Below are positions 9,796-18,997 of a stretch of 51,024 bases of DNA, piece after piece. The notes beneath the pieces were generated by a model. That model was not told where the DNA came from, searched no databases, and was given only the letters and a program-made list of their open reading frames with translations. A program made the translations under genes and the position numbers. Positions within the stretch are counted from its first letter, which is position 1. The number at the start of each line of letters is the position of its first letter. This stretch comes from Actinomycetales bacterium (GTDB lineage: Bacteria > Actinomycetota > Actinomycetes > Actinomycetales > Microbacteriaceae): the NCBI GenBank assembly GCA_038328315.1, contig JBBQLW010000001.1:1-51024 (forward strand). The letters are read 5' to 3'.

Positions 9796-10746
9796 GTGCA
9801 CGCCATTGGGATCGACATCGGTGGAACTAAGATTGCCGGCGCCGTTGTCGCCGAAGACGGCGAGATCATTGCAGAGGAGCGAGTCGCTACCGCAGCCGGT
9901 GACTCTGATGGCATCGTCGATGCGGTCGTCGAGATGGTTGAGCGGCTGTCAGTCGGACGCGAGATTGCGGCTGCCGGCGTTGCGGCCCCCGGCTTTATCG
10001 ATGTCGAGCAGTCCACGGTCTACTACACCCCGAACATCTCGTGGCGAAACGAGCCCCTGCGGCAACGATTGCTCGACCGGCTGTCGATCGATGTCACGAT
10101 CGACAACGACGCCAATGCTGCGGGCTGGGCGGAGTATCGCTTTGGTGCTGGTCGCGTCGTCAGCGATATGACGATGCTCACGATTGGCACTGGAGTCGGC
10201 GGCGCGGTCATCTCGCAAGGTCGACTGTTCCGTGGAGGCTTCGGAGCGGGAGCCGAACTCGGTCATCTGCGGGTTGTGCCTGATGGCTTGCCATGCGGCT
10301 GCGGCGCTCGCGGCTGCATAGAACAGTACGGTTCTGGGCGAGCACTGTTACGAATGGCCAATGAGATCGCTGATGTCGGTGGCATTGGCCTGGCGCTAGC
10401 GGAGGCGCGCAGCCTGCACGGCACGCTCGATGGCGCGGTCGTTGGGGACCTCATCGCTGCGGGAGATCCGGGTGCCGCACGCGCGCTTCAGCAACTCGGC
10501 CACTGGCTTGGCCAGGCTTGCGCGAGCCTTGGAGCTGTCCTCGATCCGCAGCGGTTCGTATTCGGCGGCGGCGTTGCGGTCGCGGGGGAGTTGCTGCTGG
10601 CACCGATCCGGGAGTCGTACCGGCAGCATGTACCGGCGCGCGGCTACCATCCAGAACCCGAATTCGTGATCGCAGAGCTCGTCAACAACGCTGGCGTCGT
10701 CGGTGCCGCCGACCTTGCCCGCACCCACGCGCGCGGCGAGCGCTAG
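9796..10746 (+). CDS. glk: ROK-family glucokinase
   Basis: GIDIGGTK, DNDANAAGWAE, GTGVGG, ELGH, Zn motif CGCGARGCIE; start GTG 9796 (alternative 9790). Confidence 0.88.
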   Translation: MHAIGIDIGGTKIAGAVVAEDGEIIAEERVATAAGDSDGIVDAVVEMVERLSVGREIAAAGVAAPGFIDVEQSTVYYTPNISWRNEPLRQRLLDRLSIDVTIDNDANAAGWAEYRFGAGRVVSDMTMLTIGTGVGGAVISQGRLFRGGFGAGAELGHLRVVPDGLPCGCGARGCIEQYGSGRALLRMANEIADVGGIGLALAEARSLHGTLDGAVVGDLIAAGDPGAARALQQLGHWLGQACASLGAVLDPQRFVFGGGVAVAGELLLAPIRESYRQHVPARGYHPEPEFVIAELVNNAGVVGAADLARTHARGER

Positions 10747-10772
10747 AGTAGACCCCCTCAGGAGGTGAGCGA

Positions 10773-11483
10773 GTGTTCTACTGGTTCATGAAGAATCTGG
10801 TCGCAGGGCCCCTTCTCAAGACCGTCTTTCGTCCCTGGGTTTCCGGCACTGAAAACATCCCAAAGGCCGGTCCCGTCATCCTTGCCAGCAACCATCTCTC
10901 GGTCATCGACTCGATTATCCTGCCTCTGGTGATCGACCGGCGCATCTCATTCCTGGCCAAGAGCGACTACTTCTCTGGGCGTGGTCTGCGCGGCTGGGCG
11001 ATCAAGAACTTCTTGCTCGGTACCGGGATGCTGCCAATCGATCGATCAGGCGGTAAGGCTTCAGAGGCATCCCTCAATACCGGTCTTGGAGTGCTCTCTG
11101 GCGGCAATGTGCTCGGCATTTATCCGGAAGGGACACGCAGTCCTGATGCTCGCCTCTATCGAGGGCGCACTGGCGTCGCGCGAATGATCCTTGAGTCGCA
11201 CGCCCCCGTCATCCCGGTCGCGATGTTTGATACCGAGAAGGTGATGCCGATTGGCAGCAAACTGCCGAAGGTGCGACGCATTGGGATCGTGTTCGGAGAA
11301 CCCCTTGATTTCACTCGGTTTGAGGGGCTCGAGGGTGACCGTTTCATCCTTCGCTCGATCACGGACGAGATCATCTACGAACTCGGTCGCATCAGTGGGC
11401 AGGAGTACGTCGATGTGTACGCGTCCTCCGTGCGCGAGAAGACGGCGAGCGTGCGCGAGAAGACGGCCAGCCGCGCCAAGTGA
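10773..11483 (+). CDS. plsC: 1-acyl-sn-glycerol-3-phosphate (lysophospholipid) acyltransferase, PlsC-like
   Basis: NHLSVID (HX4D), FLAK, YPEGTRS; GGAGG RBS. Confidence 0.88.
   Translation: MFYWFMKNLVAGPLLKTVFRPWVSGTENIPKAGPVILASNHLSVIDSIILPLVIDRRISFLAKSDYFSGRGLRGWAIKNFLLGTGMLPIDRSGGKASEASLNTGLGVLSGGNVLGIYPEGTRSPDARLYRGRTGVARMILESHAPVIPVAMFDTEKVMPIGSKLPKVRRIGIVFGEPLDFTRFEGLEGDRFILRSITDEIIYELGRISGQEYVDVYASSVREKTASVREKTASRAK
11429..11470 (+). repeat. 21-bp tandem duplication in the plsC 3' end (SVREKTA twice)
   Basis: cgtgcgcgagaagacggcgag / cgtgcgcgagaagacggccag, 1 mismatch. Confidence 0.9.
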
Positions 11484-11569
11484 GGTTGGCACCGCTCGGT
11501 TCGAGCGAGGCAAGTCGAAGCCGATAAACTCGGTGGCTGGCCTTCTTTCCCCATTCCAAAGGATTTGCT

Positions 11570-12940
11570 GTGGTTGACCCATCCGAACCAGTTGTGCTCG
11601 CAGATCCAGCTGTCATCGCCGGTCTCGACTACTGGCGAACGCTGCCGATCAAGCAACAGCCGGAATGGCCAGACCCGGATGCCGTCGGCGCGGCATCCGC
11701 CAAGATCGCAAGCCTGCCACCGCTCGTCTTCGCTGGCGAGGTCGACGTGTTGCGTGAGCAACTCGCCAAGGCCGCGAGGGGCGACGCGTTCCTGCTGCAG
11801 GGCGGTGACTGCGCTGAGACGTTCGCCGGCGCGACGGCTCAACAGATTCGCGACCGGGTGAAGACGATTCTGCAGATGGCCGTTGTGCTCACCTACGGCG
11901 CGTCCAAGCCGATCATCAAGATGGGCCGGATGGCCGGCCAGTTCGCCAAGCCACGGTCAAGCAACACAGAAACGCGCGGCGACATCACGCTGCCTGCCTA
12001 CCGCGGAGACATCGTCAACGGCTACGACTTCACGCCGGAGTCCCGTCAGGCAGACCCGGCCAGACTCGTCGAGGGGTACCACACCGCTGTCTCTACCCTC
12101 AATCTCGTGCGGGCGTTCACGCAGGGTGGGTTCGCCGACCTCAGGCAGGTTCATTCGTGGAACAGGGGCTTCGCTCAAAATCCCGCCAACCACCGCTACG
12201 AGAAAGTCGCGAACGAGATCGACCGAGCCATCAAATTCATGGAGGCCGCTGGCGCCAATTTCGACGAGCTCAAGCGAGTCGAATTCTACTCGAGCCACGA
12301 GGGGTTGCTCATGGACTACGAGCGGCCGATGACCCGCATCGATTCCCGAACCGGCACACCGTACAACACGAGCGCGCACTTCTTGTGGATTGGGGAACGC
12401 ACCCGCGATCTTGATGGGGCTCACGTCGATTACTTCTCGCGCGTTCGCAACCCGATCGGGGTCAAGCTCGGGCCAGCGACCACTCCAGAGACGATGAAGC
12501 AGCTCATCGACAAACTCGATCCGCACCGTGAGCCGGGGCGCCTGACCTTCATCGCGCGGATGGGCTCTGGCAAGGTTCGGGACGCGCTTCCGCCGCTCCT
12601 CGAAGCCATCAAGGGCATGGATGCCACGCCGCTGTGGGTGACCGACCCGATGCACGGCAACGGACTCACGACCCCGAACGGCTACAAGACCCGTCGCTTC
12701 GATGACGTTGTTGACGAGGTAAAGGGGTTCTTCGAAGTCCATCGTGGCGCGGGAACGTACCCTGGCGGTATCCACATCGAGCTCACCGGGGACGATGTAA
12801 CCGAGTGCCTCGGCGGCTCAGAGCAGATCGAAGAAGCGACACTTGCTACGAGGTACGAATCGCTGTGCGACCCTCGGCTCAACCACATGCAGTCGCTCGA
12901 GCTAGCGTTCCTCGTCGCCGAGGAGCTTGTCGCGTTCTAG
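11570..12940 (+). CDS. aroG: Class II DAHP synthase (3-deoxy-7-phosphoheptulonate synthase)
   Basis: LLQGGDCAE, GRMAGQFAKPRS, WIGERTR, DPMHGN, CDPRLN. Confidence 0.95.
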   Translation: MVDPSEPVVLADPAVIAGLDYWRTLPIKQQPEWPDPDAVGAASAKIASLPPLVFAGEVDVLREQLAKAARGDAFLLQGGDCAETFAGATAQQIRDRVKTILQMAVVLTYGASKPIIKMGRMAGQFAKPRSSNTETRGDITLPAYRGDIVNGYDFTPESRQADPARLVEGYHTAVSTLNLVRAFTQGGFADLRQVHSWNRGFAQNPANHRYEKVANEIDRAIKFMEAAGANFDELKRVEFYSSHEGLLMDYERPMTRIDSRTGTPYNTSAHFLWIGERTRDLDGAHVDYFSRVRNPIGVKLGPATTPETMKQLIDKLDPHREPGRLTFIARMGSGKVRDALPPLLEAIKGMDATPLWVTDPMHGNGLTTPNGYKTRRFDDVVDEVKGFFEVHRGAGTYPGGIHIELTGDDVTECLGGSEQIEEATLATRYESLCDPRLNHMQSLELAFLVAEELVAF

Positions 12941-12944
12941 CCTC

Positions 12945-12983
12945 CGGATTTGCCTGTCTGGCGATCGACCGGGCAAGTGCGGC
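12945..12983. terminator. Imperfect hairpin between convergent aroG and kinase genes
   Basis: ttgcctgtc...gaccgggcaa; no U tract. Confidence 0.35.
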
Positions 12984-14954
12984 TCAAGCCGAAAAGCCAA
13001 CTCTCAGGGTGCTGCCTCGCGGCGCAAGTGTGCCTTCTGCAGGATCAAGAGAGGTCACGGTAAAGAGAGCGGGTGCGGCGTCAGCGAAGAGGTTGTATTC
13101 GAGGTCGAACCCGGCGTCTAGCAGGGGCTGTTTCGCTTCGCTCCAACTCAGTCCGATCACATTCGGTACCTCGACCTGCTCGACGCCCAGTGAGGTCACG
13201 AGGTCGACTACGTCCCCGGCGCGCACAACGCTTGCCCCTTCGACCGCCTGAGCGCGCAATACTGAGCCCTGCGGCACCGTGTCGCTGAACTCGATCTCAC
13301 GGATCGCCCCGGCCTTGAGTCCGGCATCCTGAAGACGCGCGGTGGCATCCTCAACCGACAGGCCTGATACATCAGGGAGCGGCCCTGCCGACACGATCAA
13401 CGTGATCGGCTGGAGCTCGCCGTACTCGGTGACGCCGGTCAGGCTTGCGGCATTGCGATCACCGGCAAGCGCGTCGATGACGATTCCGCTCGCGACATCC
13501 CCGCTGAACTGCTTCACGACCTCGAGCAGCGTGAACGGTGCCGCCGTGATCTCGGCAGTGGCTTGATCTTCTGTCATTCCGACGAATGCTGGCACCGCGA
13601 GCAATCGTGGCCCGATTGAGACGAACAACTGCACCTCGGTTCCGGTCTGCGCCGCCGAGCCGAGCGGCGGATCGGTCTCGGCGACCAAATCCACTCCAAT
13701 CGTTGTCGATGCGACCTGACCCAGGTCCGCGCTCACCGAGAAGCCGAGGCTCTCGAGTTCTGTCGTCGCTTCCTCGACTGTCATCCCAGCGATGGATGTC
13801 GGAATGCTGACGGCAGCGCCGGGCCCTGCCAAGAAATACCAGGCGGCGAAGGCTCCGCCGATGATCGCGGCGATAACAAAAGCGATGAGCACGCTGCGAC
13901 CGCGACCGCGTGAGCGTGTGGCGAGGCCCGCACCAAGGTCAGCGGTCGATGGCCCGGATGTTGTCGCTTCAGTGATGAGGGGCAATCCACCGCTGCGTCC
14001 TCGCGAACCGAGAATCTGGGTCTCGGCTGTCGCACTCGCCGCGGCTCCTGCGGTCGCGCTGGGCAAAAGCATGGTTCGCTGTGTCGACGTTGAGCCGGTC
14101 GATGTTGAAGACAACAACGAGGTGTGAATTTCGAAGAGTTGGTCGAGCAGAGCACGAGCATCCTTCGGGCGGTTTTCGGGGTTGCGGTCGGTGGCCCACA
14201 GCACGATCTCATCGAGCTCGTTTGGCACTTTTGGGTTCTTCGCACTCGGCCGCGGAACCGAGTCATTGGCATGCTGATAGGCGATCTGCATCGGCTGATC
14301 GCCCTTGAACGGCTGCTCACCAACGAGCATCTCGTACATCATGATGCCGATGGCATAAATGTCACTGCGGGTGTCAGCGACGCCGCGGGTAACGAGCTCT
14401 GGAGAGAGGTAGGCGATGGTGCCGAGCAGGGCGGCACCGGTCGCGGTGTTCGCCGTTGCGGCACGGGCAAGCCCGAAGTCGCTGATCTTGATGCGGCCAT
14501 CATCGGCTAACAGCACGTTTTCGGGCTTCAGGTCGCGATGCACGATACCCGCCTTGTGTGCGGCGGCAAGTCCACCAAGAACCGCTTCGAGAATGTCCAG
14601 TGTTTGCTCGGTTGTCAGCACGCGGTGCTCGTCAAGCAGTTGACGCAGCGTGATCCCAGACAAATACTCCATCACCAGATAGGCCATGTCGCTGTCTTGG
14701 CCTTGGTCGAAAACATTGACAACATTCGGATGCGCCAGCCTCGCCGACGAGCGCGCTTCCTGAATGAAGCGCTCCTTGAACTTGCTGTCGTCGGCGAGAT
14801 GCCCGTGCATGATTTTTACTGCGACGCGACGTTCGAGTCGAAGATCCGTAGCCAAATACACGGTCGCCATGCCACCTCGAGCGATGCGTGACCGCACCTG
14901 ATATCGGCCGTCGAGAAGACGTCCGATCATCGGGTCGGTGCTGTTGACGGTCAC
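12984..14954 (-). CDS. Stk1/PknL-type Ser/Thr kinase, one TM, four PASTA repeats
   Basis: IARGGMATV, VAVK, HRDLKPEN, DFGLAR; TM VLIAFVIAAIIGGAFAAWYF; four P..(V/I)G(M/L)(T/S)..(E/D/Q)A repeats; lies between aroG and an Rv2175c-like gene, as pknL does. Confidence 0.93.
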   Translation of the reverse strand: MTVNSTDPMIGRLLDGRYQVRSRIARGGMATVYLATDLRLERRVAVKIMHGHLADDSKFKERFIQEARSSARLAHPNVVNVFDQGQDSDMAYLVMEYLSGITLRQLLDEHRVLTTEQTLDILEAVLGGLAAAHKAGIVHRDLKPENVLLADDGRIKISDFGLARAATANTATGAALLGTIAYLSPELVTRGVADTRSDIYAIGIMMYEMLVGEQPFKGDQPMQIAYQHANDSVPRPSAKNPKVPNELDEIVLWATDRNPENRPKDARALLDQLFEIHTSLLSSTSTGSTSTQRTMLLPSATAGAAASATAETQILGSRGRSGGLPLITEATTSGPSTADLGAGLATRSRGRGRSVLIAFVIAAIIGGAFAAWYFLAGPGAAVSIPTSIAGMTVEEATTELESLGFSVSADLGQVASTTIGVDLVAETDPPLGSAAQTGTEVQLFVSIGPRLLAVPAFVGMTEDQATAEITAAPFTLLEVVKQFSGDVASGIVIDALAGDRNAASLTGVTEYGELQPITLIVSAGPLPDVSGLSVEDATARLQDAGLKAGAIREIEFSDTVPQGSVLRAQAVEGASVVRAGDVVDLVTSLGVEQVEVPNVIGLSWSEAKQPLLDAGFDLEYNLFADAAPALFTVTSLDPAEGTLAPRGSTLRVGFSA

Positions 14955-15011
14955 GGTCTGAGTCTAAAGTTCGCCGGGCACACGGCGACCATCGACACGG
15001 CGCCGCTCGTG

Positions 15012-15063
15012 CCTAACCGTGTGGTCAAACCGTGTGGCCTAAGCGCGTGGCCTAACGGAGTTG
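15012..15063. repeat. Four degenerate 13-bp tandem units anchored on the LysM-gene stop
   Basis: cctaaccgtgtgg / tcaaaccgtgtgg / cctaagcgcgtgg / cctaacggagttg. Confidence 0.75.
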
Positions 15064-16638
15064 GGCGAACCAGGACCGAGCTGACTGCTCCCACTTTGCG
15101 TAGGCATCCGGGTGACCGGAGATCTGCACGGCCTGCGCAGCTTGAGTTAGCCCCATCGACTCCCACCCGCGAATGTCCAGAAGGCCACGGGTAAACCCTC
15201 GGTTCGGGTTGCTTGGCCCGCCGTAAAACAGGCGGGCTGCGTGGGTCGGGGTGGTCAGCTGGCTGACCGAGCCCCAGCCAGAACTCGGGCGTTGCTGGAA
15301 GAGGCCGACCGAGTCGCGGTCTCCCCAGTCGAGGTTTCTGAGACTCGACTCCTGCATCGCTGTCGCGAGTGCGATGACGATGCCGTAGTCAGGTACGCCG
15401 AGTTCGCGGCCAACTTGAATGATGGTGCGCGCGTGGCCTGCCATCTCATCCGTGAGGCCGGTGACATTCTGCGCACCCGTTGGCGCACCCGGTGCTGGCG
15501 TCGTGACACCCGGAATGACGAGAGTCTGCCCGCCGTAAATGACACTCGACCATGACAATCCATTGGCGTCGAGCAGCGTTTGGGTAGTGATTCCGAAGCG
15601 CGAAGCGATGCCGGAGACGGTGTCTCCGGAGACGATCACATAGCTGCCGTTCTGCGGTGTAGCCGGTGCTGGTGGTGCCGGTGGGGCCGATTCGGCTGGC
15701 GGTGCCGGTTCTACGGCAGAACCCGGCTTCTCGGCGACGGGTGCCGGAAATTCTTCGGCAGGTGCAGCGGTGCTCGGTGTCCGACCGGTCGGCAGATCTC
15801 CGATGAGGCTTGACCCCGCGTCGGACTCATCCCGGATTACCGCAGGGGATTCGCCTTGGTCGAGCGCTGGCGAGTCGCCCGGGGTTTTCGCGCCAGGAAC
15901 GACGATCGTTTGGCCCGGGTAGATAATGCTCGACCAGCCGAGTCCGTTCGCCATGAGAACCGAAATAGTCGAGATGCCAAATCGCTCGGCGATCGCGCTG
16001 ACCGTGTCACCAGTAACAATCGTGTACACGCCATCGCCGGTGGGGCTGGATTCCACAATGCTCTGATCGCCGCGCGCGGCATCCGCTTCATTTCTTGCGG
16101 TTGAGAGCGTGAGTTGCTGGCCGGGAAAGATCAGTGAACTCCAGCTCAGGCCGTTGAGGGCGAGCACGGATGGAGTCGACAGGCCGAAGCGCGCCGCGAT
16201 TTCGCTTACAGTGTCTCCGGCCAGCACCCGATAGGCACGAGGCGCTTGCGCCGTTGCAAATGCTGATCCAGGTGAGAGAGCAGCGGCGCTGACCGGGCTC
16301 GCTACGGGCGCGGTACGTGGAGCGGTCGCCAGAACGGCTTCGGAATTCTCGGCCTTCGGTTTCGCCGGGCGCTTCACCTGAGCGGATTCGATGGTGGTCG
16401 GAATGTTCATCGCAACGGCCATTGATCCAACCAGAACGATTGGAACCGTGGCATAGAGACTCTTCGCAATGCGCTGCCGGGTGCCGTCACTGTGAGTTCG
16501 ATCGATGTCAGTGACGTGCTCAGTCAAGTGCGCCCGTCGAGGTGCGAGACCCGCGAAGACCGCGCGCGCTATCTCGGCACTGTCGTGATTATCGCTGTCG
16601 TGTTCATCGTGGTCGTCGCGGTGCGGGGTGTCGCTCAT
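15052..16638 (-). CDS. Membrane-anchored 3xLysM protein with C-terminal putative lysozyme/transglycosylase-like domain
   Basis: Three Y.(V/I)..GDTVS.IA.RFG...NGL repeats; hydrophobic segment VPIVLVGSMAVAM; C-terminal IALATAMQESSL...DSVGLFQQRPSSGWG. Confidence 0.85.
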   Translation of the reverse strand: MSDTPHRDDHDEHDSDNHDSAEIARAVFAGLAPRRAHLTEHVTDIDRTHSDGTRQRIAKSLYATVPIVLVGSMAVAMNIPTTIESAQVKRPAKPKAENSEAVLATAPRTAPVASPVSAAALSPGSAFATAQAPRAYRVLAGDTVSEIAARFGLSTPSVLALNGLSWSSLIFPGQQLTLSTARNEADAARGDQSIVESSPTGDGVYTIVTGDTVSAIAERFGISTISVLMANGLGWSSIIYPGQTIVVPGAKTPGDSPALDQGESPAVIRDESDAGSSLIGDLPTGRTPSTAAPAEEFPAPVAEKPGSAVEPAPPAESAPPAPPAPATPQNGSYVIVSGDTVSGIASRFGITTQTLLDANGLSWSSVIYGGQTLVIPGVTTPAPGAPTGAQNVTGLTDEMAGHARTIIQVGRELGVPDYGIVIALATAMQESSLRNLDWGDRDSVGLFQQRPSSGWGSVSQLTTPTHAARLFYGGPSNPNRGFTRGLLDIRGWESMGLTQAAQAVQISGHPDAYAKWEQSARSWFAQLR

Positions 16639-16836
16639 TGCCCATCCGTCCTGCTTGCGGCCCAGGAAGTGCTTGGGCAGACCCAAGACAACACGCTTAA
16701 ATCTGGCACAGATGGTACCTGCTGTCAATTAGTGGGGATATTGAGGTTTGAGTTAACGCAATCGAAACATGACACTCAAGACGCGGTTCGGGAGCGTCAA
16801 GTGCCCCGGACCGGTACTCCGTGGCAGTCTTGACGT

Positions 16837-17178
16837 GTGACAGAAACTGCACCCGTTCGTTGGCTGACGATTCCCGATCTCACCGAGTTGCTTGGTCTCA
16901 AGGTCAGCCAGGTTCGACGCCTTATCGAAGATCGCTCGCTGCTGGCCAGTCGGGTTGATGGGGTGTGGATGGTCCCGGATCTGTTCATCGAAAACGGGGA
17001 ACCGCTCAACGATCTCAAGGGCACTCTCGTGGTTCTCGCCGATGCCGGCTTTAGTGACGACGAGGCCATGCGGTGGTTGCTTGGTCCAGATGAGAGCATC
17101 GGAATTGCGCCTGTTGAAGCGCTCCGTCGCGGCCGCAAGGCCGAAGTACGCCGGGTCGCACAGGCGCTGGGATTCTAG
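16837..17178 (+). CDS. Rv2175c-family winged-helix DNA-binding protein
   Basis: WLTIPDLTELLG...VRRLIED, LADAGFSDDEAMRWL, GRKAEVRRVAQALGF; synteny. Confidence 0.88.
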   Translation: MTETAPVRWLTIPDLTELLGLKVSQVRRLIEDRSLLASRVDGVWMVPDLFIENGEPLNDLKGTLVVLADAGFSDDEAMRWLLGPDESIGIAPVEALRRGRKAEVRRVAQALGF

Positions 17179-17197
17179 AATTTAGCTTGAGGCCGTG

Positions 17198-18313
17198 TCA
17201 GGCCGATCGTCGCGTGACAGTCTCGGCCAGCTGGAGGAGTTGAGCACGCGCAGTGGCGGTGATCGGTGCCTCGGCGAGGGCCGCGCGTGCAAGGCCGACG
17301 TTGTGCTCGATAATCCGCTCGACTCGATCGGCAGCGCCGCTGTCTCGAATCGCGCTGCGGATCATTCCGATCTGCACCGCGTCGAGTGCGGCGTCGCCGA
17401 GAAGTTCGTCGATGAGTTCGCGTACGGGTACCGGGAGTTCTGCGCGAGCAAGCGCGATAAGTACGGTGCGCTTGCCCTCTCGCAAGTCGTCTCCTGCCGG
17501 CTTCCCGGTCACAGCGGGATCCCCAAACACGCCAAGCAGATCATCGCGCAACTGAAAGGCGATCCCGAGTGGCAGCCCAAAGGCGCGGAGCGCTCCCAGC
17601 TGTGGGGCGCCGGCACCAGCCAGGGCAGCACCGATCACCAAGGGTGCCTCGACGCTGTACTTCGCCGACTTGTAGACGATCACGCGATGCGCTCTGCTGA
17701 GAAGCTCGTTATCTGGATGCACGACCCAAGATGCTTCCTCGAGAATGTCGAGGTACTGACCAGCCGTGACCTCCGTGCGCATGCGATTGAACTCGTGCCG
17801 GCCCGCGAGCGCCGCGCTGCGTGAGCCAAGCAAGCGGCCACCGCGATCAAACAATTCGTCGCTCCAGCCAAGCAACAGGTCGCCGAGAAGCAGCGCAGAC
17901 GACGAGCCGAAGTCTGAACCGCTACCAGCCCAACCGCCGCTGGCGTGCATGCTCTCGAATTGGCGGTGCGCTGAGGCGTTCCCGCGCCGAGTATCCGAGT
18001 TGTCCATGATGTCGTCGTGCACGAGCGCGGCGGCGTGGAACACCTCGAGCGCCGTTGCTGCGAGAACGATGCCTGGGAAGTCCGCGTTGTCGGTTTCCTG
18101 AAGCAGATCGAAGTCCTCGACGATGGTTCCTGCTTGCCAGCCCCAATAGCAGAAAAGTGCCCTGAACCGTTTTCCTCCTGACAGAAAGCCATGAGCGTAC
18201 GCACCGAATGTGGCAAGTTCTGGCGCGATCGCTTCGAGCTCCGTGGTGCGCTCCGAGAGAAAAGCGTCGATGCGTTCCTGGACAAGATCAACTAACCGCG
18301 TACTCTCAGCCAC
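17198..18313 (-). CDS. Polyprenyl (geranylgeranyl) diphosphate synthase, IdsA2-like
   Basis: GGKRFR, LVHDDIMDNSDTRRG, FQLRDDLLG, GDDLREGK. Confidence 0.92.
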   Translation of the reverse strand: MAESTRLVDLVQERIDAFLSERTTELEAIAPELATFGAYAHGFLSGGKRFRALFCYWGWQAGTIVEDFDLLQETDNADFPGIVLAATALEVFHAAALVHDDIMDNSDTRRGNASAHRQFESMHASGGWAGSGSDFGSSSALLLGDLLLGWSDELFDRGGRLLGSRSAALAGRHEFNRMRTEVTAGQYLDILEEASWVVHPDNELLSRAHRVIVYKSAKYSVEAPLVIGAALAGAGAPQLGALRAFGLPLGIAFQLRDDLLGVFGDPAVTGKPAGDDLREGKRTVLIALARAELPVPVRELIDELLGDAALDAVQIGMIRSAIRDSGAADRVERIIEHNVGLARAALAEAPITATARAQLLQLAETVTRRSA

Positions 18314-18395
18314 CCAGCTAGCCTAGCCATCGAGGTGGGGCGTACTATTAAGGACACTCGTTACCACGTACGTCCTCTCACCTGAAGGGAACAGG

Positions 18396-18773
18396 ATGCC
18401 ACTTTCCGAGCAGGAGCAGCGCCTCCTGGAAGAGATGGAGCGCAATCTCTATCAGAACGACGCCGATTTTGTAGCAACCGTGAACCCTCGCCGGGGTCGC
18501 GTGAACTCTTCCGTATTGGTCGCCGGCGTGCTTCTCAGTGTTGTCGGTATCGGAACGCTGGTCGGCGGCGTTATTCTTCAACTGCCAATCGTCGGTATCC
18601 TCGGCTTCGGTGTGATGTTCGTCGGGGTCTTGCTCGCTGTTACCCCACCCGCGCGTTCCAGTTCAAGTGCAGCGGCCCCCCCAAGCCAGTCAAGCAAAGC
18701 GAGTAAGCCACGCTCAAGCTTCATGGACAGCCTCAACGAGCGCTGGGAGAAGCGCCAAGAGGGTCAGGAATAG
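18396..18773 (+). CDS. DUF3040-family membrane protein
   Basis: MPLSEQEQRLLEEMERNLYQNDADF, two TMs, SFMDSLNERWEKR; usual position before mraZ. Confidence 0.88.
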   Translation: MPLSEQEQRLLEEMERNLYQNDADFVATVNPRRGRVNSSVLVAGVLLSVVGIGTLVGGVILQLPIVGILGFGVMFVGVLLAVTPPARSSSSAAAPPSQSSKASKPRSSFMDSLNERWEKRQEGQE

Positions 18774-18854
18774 CCCTACTTCCGATCGGAGTGCATAGCG
18801 TTCGATCATGATTGGTAGCGCGCCGTGCGCTAGCCGACGCGATCCAGCACAGTG

Positions 18855-18879
18855 AGGCCAGCGCAAGCTGGCCTTTTTT
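18855..18879 (+). terminator. Intrinsic terminator after DUF3040
   Basis: AGGCCAGC-GCAA-GCTGGCCT followed by a T run. Confidence 0.85.
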
Positions 18880-18912
18880 GTGCGCTGAATTTACCGTGCT
18901 AGGACGCTAGCC

Positions 18913-18928
18913 CTCCACCTTCATCCAC
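18913..18928 (-). promoter_or_regulatory. Inverted pair of MraZ-type boxes (GTGGAT, GTGGAG)
   Basis: ctccac at 18913 and atccac at 18923, 10-bp period. Confidence 0.5.
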
Positions 18929-18997
18929 CGGGAAATCCCGGTCGTTTCGGGTACTGCAGGACAGCTGGGGGAAACTTTCTCGGATTCGCGCTGTTTT

